Assembly: GCA_025361085.1 (NCBI GenBank)
Contig: JANYAX010000001.1
Coordinates: forward strand, 1-58,194
Direction of reading: 5' to 3'
DNA: 58,194 nucleotides
DNA from: Candidatus Nomurabacteria bacterium
Lineage (GTDB): Bacteria; Patescibacteriota; Minisyncoccia; Phycocordibacterales; UBA9973
Below the pieces are notes generated by a model. That model did no database searches, was not told the origin of the DNA, and saw only the letters and a list, made by a program, of their open reading frames with translations. The translations under genes and the position numbers were made by a program. Within the stretch, counting starts at the first letter, position 1. Each line of letters begins with the position of its first letter. This document shows positions 44,322 to 52,017 of the stretch, piece by piece.

Positions 44322-45389
44322 ATGGAGGAAAAACCAAGGAACATGCATATAAGCATCTCAACAAATACTCTCATAAAGATAATTCTTCTGGGGGTTTTGG
44401 TCTTTGCAGTAATTAAATTAATAAATGTGGTTCTTATTATCCTCGTTGCGATAGTGCTCGCTTCATTTGTAGAATCAGGTGTAAAAAAGCTTAAGAAATA
44501 TATAAAGAATAGGTCTGTTGCCGTTTTCCTTATTTATATAGTTGCTCTCATAATAATCGTTACTTTATCATCTATCTTTATGCCAGTGTTCATAGAGGAG
44601 GTGTCTGCACTTGTGACTTCTCTTTCCCAATATATTCCACATGGTAGTATTTTAAATACCTTCCAGCCCGATACGATTTCTGGGGCAAAAGATGTTGTTA
44701 CTAGCTTATCTCACAACGCCTCTCTCGGTGATGTCATCAAAAGTGTTCAATCTTTGATATCAAGTCTTTCTGGTGGTTTCTTGGACATTTTTAATGGAGC
44801 ATTTGGTGGTGTTCTTAACTTTATATTGATTGTAATTATTTCATTTTATCTATCGGTTACTGAAAAGGGGATCGAAAATTTCTTGCGTGTTATTACTCCA
44901 AGAAAAAGTGAAGAATACATAATAGGTCTATGGCAAAGAACAGAACATAAAATCGGTCTGTGGATTCAAGGACAGATGCTTTTGGGTCTTATAATCGGAG
45001 TGTTGGCATACCTTGGGCTTACGATAATCGGAGTTAAATATTCACTGGTCTTGGCAATCATAACTGCTTTCTGTGAACTTGTTCCTTTTGGGATATATCT
45101 TGCCATTATTCCCGTTGTGATATTTAGCTTTCTTGATGGTGGTGTTACAATGGCGGCACTTTCATTTGGTTTGTATTTTATTCTTCATCAATTCGAAAAT
45201 TATTTGATTTATCCTTTGATAATCAAAAAAGTTATAGGCATATCTCCACTTGTTGTCGTACTTTCTATTATTATAGGGATAGAGTTGGCTGGATTTTTTG
45301 GTGTGATTCTTGCGATACCGACAGCTGTCTGTTTATTAGAATTTTTAGATGATCTTGAGAAGAAGAAAGTTCTTGCTCGAGAAACATAA
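44322..45389 (+). CDS. AI-2E (PerM/UPF0118) family transporter
   Basis: Multi-TM protein with the family-typical C-terminal half; start uncertain (TTG 44286 or ATG 44322). Confidence 0.75.
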   Translation: MEEKPRNMHISISTNTLIKIILLGVLVFAVIKLINVVLIILVAIVLASFVESGVKKLKKYIKNRSVAVFLIYIVALIIIVTLSSIFMPVFIEEVSALVTSLSQYIPHGSILNTFQPDTISGAKDVVTSLSHNASLGDVIKSVQSLISSLSGGFLDIFNGAFGGVLNFILIVIISFYLSVTEKGIENFLRVITPRKSEEYIIGLWQRTEHKIGLWIQGQMLLGLIIGVLAYLGLTIIGVKYSLVLAIITAFCELVPFGIYLAIIPVVIFSFLDGGVTMAALSFGLYFILHQFENYLIYPLIIKKVIGISPLVVVLSIIIGIELAGFFGVILAIPTAVCLLEFLDDLEKKKVLARET

Positions 45390-45390
45390 T

Positions 45391-46875
45391 ATGCAAAAAA
45401 CATTTTTCTTAACCACAACGCTACCTTACGTAAATGCGCCACTTCACATGGGGCATGCTCTTGAATTTGTGCGAGCCGATACGATAGCTCGCTACAAGAA
45501 ACTTTCTGGTTTTGATGTCTATTTTAATACGGGGACAGATGAACACGGTTTAAAAATATTTGAAAAAGCTAAAGAAAAAGGTTTAACTGCTCAAGAATTT
45601 GTCGACCAAGGGTTTGAAGTTTTTAAAGAACAATTGAAAATGTTTGGGGTAAGTGATGATATTCACTTTATTCGTACAACCGACAAGAGCCATGAAAAAG
45701 CCGCGCAAGAATTCTGGGTTAGGGTGAATGACAATGGTTATATCTATAAAAAGAATTATGAAGCTAAATATTGTGTAGGATGTGAAAGTGGAAAGACTGA
45801 TAGTGAGCTTGTAGATGAGAGATGCTCGCTCCACCCAGATGTTGAATTGAAAATAATTAAAGAAGAAAATTATTTTTTTAAATATTCAGAATTTGGAGAA
45901 AAGCTCCTAGCTTTTTACGAAAAGAACCCTAATTTTGTTGTCCCAGATTTTCGTTTTCATGAGATAAAAAACTTTGTTAAAAATGGTTTGCAAGATTTTT
46001 CTATTTCACGTTTGAAAGAAAAAATGCCGTGGGGGATAGAGGTACCAGGAGATAATACTCAAGTAATGTATGTTTGGTTTGACGCGCTTGTAAATTATAT
46101 CTCGACACTTGGTTGGCCCTTCGCTGATGCTCAGGACCTTCGGCCCTTCGAACAAAATAATTTTGAAAAATACTGGGTGAATGGGAATCCAACGCAATAT
46201 TGTGGAAAAGATAATACTCGTTTTCAGGCGGCTATGTGGCAAGCAATGCTTATGGCTGCGGGTGTTCCAAATTCACATCAAATAATCGTAAATGGGTTTA
46301 TCACAGGAGAAGGGGGAATTCGTATGTCTAAATCACTTGGTAATGGTGTAGACCCACGCGATATTGTGGGTGAATATGGCACAGATGCGCTCCGATATTT
46401 CTTGCTTCGCGAAGTCGGAAGTTTTGAAGATAGCCCATTTACGGTTGAACGATTCAAAGATGCTTACAATTCAGGATTAGCAAACGGGTTGGGAAATTTG
46501 ACGTCGAGGATTTTGACTTTATCGGAAAAATATTTGACCCCCTCTGCCTCCGGCATCTCCCCCTTAGCAGGGGGAGAAAAATACGTTTTTCATACAGAGT
46601 TTACTAATCACTTAGAAAATTTTGATATTCAAAAAGCAACAGAATTTATTTGGCAGAAAATAGGAGATCTAGATAAGAGAATTCAAGAAACAGAACCGTT
46701 CAAGGTTGTGAAAGTAGATATTGAGAAAGGGAAAGAATTGATAAAAGAAAATATCGAGAGACTTTATGAAATATCCGAATTATTAATTCCCATGCTTCCA
46801 GAAACTTCACAAAAAATTCAAGAACTCATAAAACAAAACAAAAAACCAGAAGCCCCATTGTTTTTTAGAAAATAA
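45391..46875 (+). CDS. metG: Methionine--tRNA ligase
   Basis: PYVNAPLHMGHA (HIGH) and RMSKSLGN (KMSKS); ATG 45391 follows the previous stop. Confidence 0.9.
   Translation: MQKTFFLTTTLPYVNAPLHMGHALEFVRADTIARYKKLSGFDVYFNTGTDEHGLKIFEKAKEKGLTAQEFVDQGFEVFKEQLKMFGVSDDIHFIRTTDKSHEKAAQEFWVRVNDNGYIYKKNYEAKYCVGCESGKTDSELVDERCSLHPDVELKIIKEENYFFKYSEFGEKLLAFYEKNPNFVVPDFRFHEIKNFVKNGLQDFSISRLKEKMPWGIEVPGDNTQVMYVWFDALVNYISTLGWPFADAQDLRPFEQNNFEKYWVNGNPTQYCGKDNTRFQAAMWQAMLMAAGVPNSHQIIVNGFITGEGGIRMSKSLGNGVDPRDIVGEYGTDALRYFLLREVGSFEDSPFTVERFKDAYNSGLANGLGNLTSRILTLSEKYLTPSASGISPLAGGEKYVFHTEFTNHLENFDIQKATEFIWQKIGDLDKRIQETEPFKVVKVDIEKGKELIKENIERLYEISELLIPMLPETSQKIQELIKQNKKPEAPLFFRK
46115..46152 (+). repeat. In-frame 38-nt G+C-rich element in metG
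   Basis: GGCCCTTCGCTGATGCTCAGGACCTTCGGCCCTTCGAA; the 16-nt core GCTCAGGACCTTCGGC is identical to the inverted intergenic copy at 48104-48141; the 5' half matches glyA 29528-29555. Confidence 0.85.
46537..46576 (+). repeat. In-frame C/G-run hairpin element in metG
   Basis: ACCCCCTCTGCCTCCGGCAT-CTCCCCC-TTAGCA-GGGGGAG; encodes TPSASGISPLAGGE; the ends match the argS insertion (TPSAVG...TPLSGGE). Confidence 0.85.
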
Positions 46876-46879
46876 AATA

Positions 46880-46912
46880 CCCTCACCTGGCCTCCCCCTA
46901 CATAGGGGGAAG
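46880..46912. repeat. Intergenic C/G-run hairpin element between metG and the TatD gene
   Basis: TCCCCCTA-CA-TAGGGGGA (46893-46910), perfect 8-bp arms. Confidence 0.8.
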
Positions 46913-46956
46913 TGCTCCAACTTTGTTGGAGTGGTGGTGGATATTTAAATAATACC

Positions 46957-47895
46957 ATGCCCAAATACATTGATATACATTGCCATACGAATTTTAAGAT
47001 TTTCGAGAATGATCGAGATGAGGTTATTCGACGTGCGCTCGATAATGACACCTGGCTTATAAATATTGGTACACAATATGATACTTCGAAAAAAGCAGTC
47101 GAAATGACAAGAGAATATCCTGACGGAGTTTTTGCAACTATTGGCCTCCACCCGATTCATACAGACAAGTCATATCATGATGAGAGTGAGATTGGCGAGG
47201 GTGGTCAAGAATTTTCTTCTCGTGGAGAAATTTTTGATAAAGAAAAATATAAAGAATTAGCTAAACAAGGGAAAGTTGTAGGAATAGGTGAGTGTGGACT
47301 CGATTATTATCACATTGGTTCGACAAGCTCACCACAAAGGGAACTAGAATTTATTGAAAAACAAAAAACGGCATTTATTGCACAGATTGAACTTGCAAAT
47401 GAACTTGATTTACCACTTATGCTTCACGTGCGCAATGGTTCACTTCGTCGGGCTCAGTGTAAACTCAGCTCACCACAGGCAACCGAAAAGAACGCGTATT
47501 TTGATGTTTATGAATTATTAAAAAAGTATTCAAAAAGGATTAATGAAAAAGGCCTGCCTGCGCAGACAGGAGTCTCGCATTTTTTTGCTGGTAGTGTAGA
47601 AGATATGAAAAGATTTATCGAGATAGGAGTATATATTTCTTTTGCTGGTCCAATAACTTATAAACCAAAGCCAGAAATTTGTGACTATATAGGAGTGATA
47701 AAAGAAACCTCGCTAGATATGATTCTTGCCGATACAGACAGTCCATATGTGGCCCCGGTGCCCCATAGGGGGGAAAGGAATGAACCAGTGAATGTATCTG
47801 ATATAGTGGCCAAAATAGCCGAAATTAAGGGGATTAGCGAGGCTGAAGCATCTAAATCGATACTTTCAAACGCCCAAAAACTCTTTAATATATAA
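46957..47895 (+). CDS. TatD-family metal-dependent hydrolase
   Basis: IDIHCH, GECGLDYY, SHFFAG and DTDSPYVAPVPHRGERNEP motifs; about 55 aa longer than typical because of three G+C-rich patches. Confidence 0.85.
   Translation: MPKYIDIHCHTNFKIFENDRDEVIRRALDNDTWLINIGTQYDTSKKAVEMTREYPDGVFATIGLHPIHTDKSYHDESEIGEGGQEFSSRGEIFDKEKYKELAKQGKVVGIGECGLDYYHIGSTSSPQRELEFIEKQKTAFIAQIELANELDLPLMLHVRNGSLRRAQCKLSSPQATEKNAYFDVYELLKKYSKRINEKGLPAQTGVSHFFAGSVEDMKRFIEIGVYISFAGPITYKPKPEICDYIGVIKETSLDMILADTDSPYVAPVPHRGERNEPVNVSDIVAKIAEIKGISEAEASKSILSNAQKLFNI
47317..47340 (+). repeat. In-frame G+C-rich patch 1 in the TatD gene
   Basis: GGTTCGACAAGCTCACCACAAAGG (GSTSSPQR); shares TTCG-CAAGCTCA with argS 31880-31902 and AGCTCACCACA with 47437-47482. 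Confidence 0.6.
47437..47482 (+). repeat. In-frame G+C-rich patch 2 in the TatD gene
   Basis: GGTTCACTTCGTCGGGCTCAGTGTAAACTCAGCTCACCACAGGCAA (GSLRRAQCKLSSPQA). Confidence 0.6.
47553..47570. repeat. 18-nt palindrome copy (CCTGCCTGCGCAGACAGG) in the TatD gene
   Basis: 17 of 18 nt identical to 31732-31749; read as LPAQTG. Confidence 0.85.
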
Positions 47896-47903
47896 ATTAC
47901 TTC

Positions 47904-47979
47904 ACAAGATTACTAAAATTATTCGCGCTTTCCCCAGAGTACTGGGCTCCGACACGACTCATAATTCTAGTAATCTTGT
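47904..47979 (+). ncRNA. Long-stem hairpin element, copy 2 (between the TatD gene and rpsF)
   Basis: 19-bp stem (18 paired) around the core CGCGCUUUCCCCAG-AGUA-CUGGGCUCCGACACGA; same orientation relative to the flanking genes as copy 1. Confidence 0.6.
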
Positions 47980-48103
47980 TTCGTTTTATGACTGGACATT
48001 TGGGCTTTGTTCTGTTAATATAAGCCTTATCTCGTTTGTCCCGACCCTGAAGTCGGTACACATAGGTCCGTAGCGAGATTCCGTATGCATTGAGAAGTTA
48101 GTC

Positions 48104-48141
48104 TTCGAATGCGCCGAAGGTCCTGAGCCGAAAGGCGAAGG
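48104..48141 (-). repeat. Intergenic inverted copy of the metG 46115-46152 element
   Basis: The reverse complement reads CCTTCGCCTTTCGGCTCAGGACCTTCGGCGCATTCGAA. Confidence 0.85.
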
Positions 48142-48184
48142 AATTAAAAATTAAAAATTAAAGCGTATTTTACGCTAAATCATA

Positions 48185-48688
48185 ATGGCTAAAGTAAAGA
48201 AAGTCGTTGAAGAAGGAAATTCTTCTGAAGAAGTAGAATTTCGTGTGAGTGTTTATGAAGTGGGTTACCACATGGTTCCTACAATAGCAGAGGAGAATTT
48301 GGGCGAAGAGGTTACAGTATTTAAAGATATGTTCCTAGAAAACGGAGCAGTATTTATTTCTGATGAATATCCTAAATTAATGGAATTAGCATATGAAATG
48401 TCTCGTTCTATTAACAACAAGAAACAAAAGTTTTCTTATGGATATTTCGGTTGGGTAAAGTTTGAATGTACGACTACCCAGGCTAAGGTTATAAAAGATA
48501 TTTTGGATAAGAATGAAAAGCTTGTTCGTTACCTCATGATCAAGACTGTTCGCGAAAATACAATGTCAGTTAAACGTGCTTATGGAAAACAAGATGGCCC
48601 ACGTCGTCGCATTGCTCCAAAGGCAGAAGAGACCGCTCCAATTAATGAAGAAACAATAGACAAGGAAATTGACGCTTTGGTGGTATAA
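48185..48688 (+). CDS. rpsF: 30S ribosomal protein S6 (with N- and C-terminal extensions)
   Basis: S6-like core YEVGYHMVP...LMELAYEM...VRYLMIK; gene order rpsF-ssb-rpsR. Confidence 0.8.
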   Translation: MAKVKKVVEEGNSSEEVEFRVSVYEVGYHMVPTIAEENLGEEVTVFKDMFLENGAVFISDEYPKLMELAYEMSRSINNKKQKFSYGYFGWVKFECTTTQAKVIKDILDKNEKLVRYLMIKTVRENTMSVKRAYGKQDGPRRRIAPKAEETAPINEETIDKEIDALVV

Positions 48689-48718
48689 TATAACTATTAA
48701 TAATTTAACTATTTATAT

Positions 48719-49183
48719 ATGTATTTAAATAAAGTATTCATTATAGGTAATCTTACTCGCGACCCAGAATTGAAAGCAATTCCGTCAGGTATCAAAGTTT
48801 GTAGTTTTTCAGTTGCAACTAATCGTGTCTGGAAAGATAAAAATGGCGCAAGGCAAGAGGCTGCAGATTATCACAATGTTGTTGTATTTGGTCGCCAAGC
48901 TGAAACTGTGGCTCAGTATATGAAGAAGGGCAGTCAGGTTATGGTTGAAGGAAGAATGCAGACTAGATCATGGGATGATGCTGCAACAAATTCAAAAAAA
49001 TATCGTACTGAAGTTATTGCAGACAGAGTTCAATTTGGATCAAATACTGGTGGCGCCAAGAGTAGTGGAAGTTTTGATCAATCTTCACCAAAGGCCTCAC
49101 AACAAGAAGACAAAGATGAAGGCGGATTAGATACTATTGAATATCCCGAAGAACAAATTAACGCAGAAGACATCCCGTTCTAA
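48719..49183 (+). CDS. ssb: Single-stranded DNA-binding protein
   Basis: OB-fold N-terminus MYLNKVFIIGNLTRDPEL and an acidic tail ending DIPF. Confidence 0.9.
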   Translation: MYLNKVFIIGNLTRDPELKAIPSGIKVCSFSVATNRVWKDKNGARQEAADYHNVVVFGRQAETVAQYMKKGSQVMVEGRMQTRSWDDAATNSKKYRTEVIADRVQFGSNTGGAKSSGSFDQSSPKASQQEDKDEGGLDTIEYPEEQINAEDIPF

Positions 49184-49215
49184 ATTAACAAGAATTAAAA
49201 ATTAAGAATTAAACA

Positions 49216-49416
49216 ATGAAACAAGATTATTTTTCATCAAACAATATAAAACATATTGATTACAAAGACACAGAGCTTCTTCGAAGATTTCTAACTCCTT
49301 CAGCTCGTATGCAGTCACGCCGACGTACAGATGTTACTGCTAAGAATCAACGGAAGCTTTCAGAAGCCATCAAACGAGCTCGTTTTATGGGGTTGTTGCC
49401 TTATATCGCAAAATAG
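49216..49416 (+). CDS. rpsR: 30S ribosomal protein S18
   Basis: IDYKDTELLRRFLT and KNQRKLSEAIKRARFMGLLPY. Confidence 0.9.
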   Translation: MKQDYFSSNNIKHIDYKDTELLRRFLTPSARMQSRRRTDVTAKNQRKLSEAIKRARFMGLLPYIAK

Positions 49417-49462
49417 CGATCAGGTGACCATTAGGTTTAACTAAATAAAGTCAAATTTACAT

Positions 49463-49494
49463 AAAACCCCCACAAACTAGTTTGTGGGGGTTTT
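49463..49494 (+). terminator. Intrinsic terminator after rpsR
   Basis: AAAACCCCCACAAAC-TAG-TTTGTGGGGGTTTT. Confidence 0.9.
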
Positions 49495-49544
49495 ATGCTT
49501 GATTTATGATATACTTAATTTATTATCAATTATATTATTACAAT

Positions 49545-51191
49545 ATGAAAAAAATATTATTTGGGTTGTTTGTTTTAGGGTTTATGATGGTTAGTTCACA
49601 CGTTCATGCAGCAGATGAAGTGGCACCAATGCCTCCTGATCTTATAGTCCAAGATTTCTCTTGGTACCCACTAACTCCGGTTGCTACATATACTCCAGAT
49701 GTCACTACCTCAGAGGGATATATTCATGGGAATGTGACAATAAAAAATATAGGCAATTCCTCGATCACTTTACCAGAGGGGATGGGCGTTTACTTATACA
49801 AGAGTGATGAGAGTAATATTGTAGGAGGTTTTTCTTTGGGGAAAGAGATTACTACACTATTTCCAGGTGGAATAAAAACATACACGTTTACATCTACTGC
49901 GGGTCCAAATATCACTGAAAATCCTGGAACTTTTGATCTAAAAATGGTTGTCGATGATCCAAGAGTTAGCACAAATTCTTATGGTCTTGTTTATGAATCA
50001 AATGAAGATAATAATACACTCACTAAACAAATAACAATTAAGGAGGGAGAAGTATCAAGACCTTCAATTACAATTTTATCTCCAAATGGAGGAGAAACAT
50101 ATGTTAAAGGTGAGCCAATAAAAATTCTTTTGTCAGGAGGTCCGTATTTAGCGAAAGTTGGAATTGTTTCTCCAGATTTTGATCCTAATAAAATAGAAAG
50201 TGATAGTAATGATGTAAACTGGCTTCCTGTATCAACCGAGAGAGGAGTGTTGCAATACCTTTCTTGGGATGGTTCTTCAATAACAGATTTTAATGGAAAT
50301 AAAAATTATTGGATACCAGGAGTCGGTAAACATAAAATTGTAGCAATTAATTACGAAAATTCTTGTTTCAAAGAAGGAATAAGTAAAATAAGTGATTGTG
50401 TTTATGATATAAGTGATAATTATTTCACAATTACTTCTTCTACTGATAGTAATCATGTAAATATTTCTGGGGTTAGTGGCCCACAAACACTTGATGTTGG
50501 GAAAGAAGGAACTTGGAAGGTTACAGCTTCAAGTGGAAATGGGGGGAATTTAGCATATTCTGTAAAATGGGGAGATGAAGTTTACCCTATATATAGAAGT
50601 GAGACAAGCTCAACTGTAACTACTCAACAATCTGCAACATTTACTCACACATATAAAAGTGCTGGTAAATATGAACCAAAGTTTACTGTCATAAGTGAAA
50701 TTGCGGTTGGATGTATTACTACTCCTTGCTATTCTAATCCAGAAAAAGAAATAGTAAGTATTAATGTTAAGGTTGTTGGAACATCATCAGATACTGTAAT
50801 TGATGATTGTCAACCAGGATTTAAATATAGCCCTAAGACTGGTCAGCTTTGTTCAGGAGAAGAAGTAGTTATTGATTGCCAACCAGGGTACAAATATAGT
50901 CCAACAACGGGTCAAGCATGTACAGCTTGGGGTAAGACTTGTTCTTCTTCATCCGCATATGGTTGTAGCGGGAAATTAGACACTACTACACATCCCATCA
51001 AGAAAACTCTTAAAAAAGGAGAGAAGGGTGATGAAGTTAAAATAATTCAAGCCTTACTCAATTTAATTCAAGATGGAGTTTTTGGCTCAGAGACTCAAAA
51101 GAAAGTTATGGAGTGGCAGGCTCAAAATGGTCTTACTCCCGATGGAGTCTTTGGCCATCAGAGTCGAACCAAGGCAGGATTTGCTGATTAG
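49545..51191 (+). CDS. Secreted multidomain cell-surface protein with a PKD-like domain, two Cys-loop mini-repeats and a C-terminal peptidoglycan-binding domain
   Basis: Signal peptide MKKILFGLFVLGFMMVSSHVHA; WGDE...FTHTYKSAGKYEPKFTV (PKD-like); CQPGFKYSPKTGQLC and CQPGYKYSPTTGQAC; PG_binding_1-like GDEVKIIQALL...DGVFG. Confidence 0.75.
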   Translation: MKKILFGLFVLGFMMVSSHVHAADEVAPMPPDLIVQDFSWYPLTPVATYTPDVTTSEGYIHGNVTIKNIGNSSITLPEGMGVYLYKSDESNIVGGFSLGKEITTLFPGGIKTYTFTSTAGPNITENPGTFDLKMVVDDPRVSTNSYGLVYESNEDNNTLTKQITIKEGEVSRPSITILSPNGGETYVKGEPIKILLSGGPYLAKVGIVSPDFDPNKIESDSNDVNWLPVSTERGVLQYLSWDGSSITDFNGNKNYWIPGVGKHKIVAINYENSCFKEGISKISDCVYDISDNYFTITSSTDSNHVNISGVSGPQTLDVGKEGTWKVTASSGNGGNLAYSVKWGDEVYPIYRSETSSTVTTQQSATFTHTYKSAGKYEPKFTVISEIAVGCITTPCYSNPEKEIVSINVKVVGTSSDTVIDDCQPGFKYSPKTGQLCSGEEVVIDCQPGYKYSPTTGQACTAWGKTCSSSSAYGCSGKLDTTTHPIKKTLKKGEKGDEVKIIQALLNLIQDGVFGSETQKKVMEWQAQNGLTPDGVFGHQSRTKAGFAD

Positions 51192-51307
51192 AAAATTTAA
51201 AGATTGTTGCCAAACAGTCCGCAATTTTTGGTTGGGGACTGTTTGTCGTATTTATTTTTAGTATTTAATGATATAATATGAATATTATAAAAATAATTTA
51301 TTGCAAT

Positions 51308-51958
51308 ATGAAAAAAATATTATTTGGGTTGTTTCTGTTCTGCCTTTTCGCATTTGGTTCTCAGGCTCATGCATCGGTTCTAAGTGATGCACTTGCTCAA
51401 ATTAAAAATTTAGAAAATGAAATTGCTCAATTAAAAGCCAATCTCACTGCTTGGGGGTATGTTCCTAGGACTACCACTACCACTACTGCAAACACAAACA
51501 CAAATCTAAAAACGAGTACTGTGATTACTCAATGTAGTGATGGTGTTGATAATGATGGGGATGGTTTAGTAGATGCCAGAGATCCTGGTTGTCATACAGA
51601 TGAAATAGCAAGCAATGTCGCTAGTTATAATCCTAAAATTAATAATGAGGGAACAGTCACGATATCACTACTACCTCAATGTAGTGATGGTGTTGATAAT
51701 GATGGGGATGGTTTAGTAGATGCCAGAGATCCTGGTTGTCATACAGATGAAATAGCAAGCAATGTCACTAGTTATAATCCTAAGTGGACTTTTGAATCAA
51801 CAATTCCAAATGGATGCACAACGACAACAAAATATAGTGTAACCACTGGTCAATTGTGTACTGGAGTAACATACCCTCCGGGTTGTACTTCAATTTATGG
51901 TTACAGTGTTACAACAGGGCAATCGTGTTCTCCTATTGCTATTGCTGCTGCTGATTAG
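51308..51958 (+). CDS. Secreted protein with duplicated DNDGDG calcium-binding-like modules and two Cys-loop mini-repeats
   Basis: Signal peptide MKKILFGLFLFCLFAFGSQAHA; QCSDGVDNDGDGLVDARDPGCH twice; CTTTTKYSVTTGQLC and CTSIYGYSVTTGQSC. Confidence 0.7.
   Translation: MKKILFGLFLFCLFAFGSQAHASVLSDALAQIKNLENEIAQLKANLTAWGYVPRTTTTTTANTNTNLKTSTVITQCSDGVDNDGDGLVDARDPGCHTDEIASNVASYNPKINNEGTVTISLLPQCSDGVDNDGDGLVDARDPGCHTDEIASNVTSYNPKWTFESTIPNGCTTTTKYSVTTGQLCTGVTYPPGCTSIYGYSVTTGQSCSPIAIAAAD
51528..51783 (+). repeat. Near-perfect 109-bp direct duplication with a 147-bp period inside the CDS
   Basis: 51528-51636 versus 51675-51783; single mismatch (51620 g versus 51767 a). Confidence 0.95.
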
Positions 51959-51972
51959 AAAATTTAAAGTCA

Positions 51973-52015
51973 AAACTAAAAGCACCGCAGGCGAAGCCTG
52001 CGGTGCTTTTAGTTT
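51973..52015. terminator. Bidirectional intrinsic terminator
   Basis: AAACTAAAAGCACCGCAGG-CGAAG-CCTGCGGTGCTTTTAGTTT. Confidence 0.9.
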
Positions 52016-52017
52016 GG

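Noticed and set aside
48110-48141. SRP (4.5S) RNA-like GNRA hairpin (GGUCCUGAGCC-GAAA-GGCGAAGG)
   Set aside because: The conserved SRP domain IV sequence (GGUCC-GGAA-GGAAGCAGC pattern) is not reproduced, and the segment is instead a copy of the dispersed metG-type repeat.
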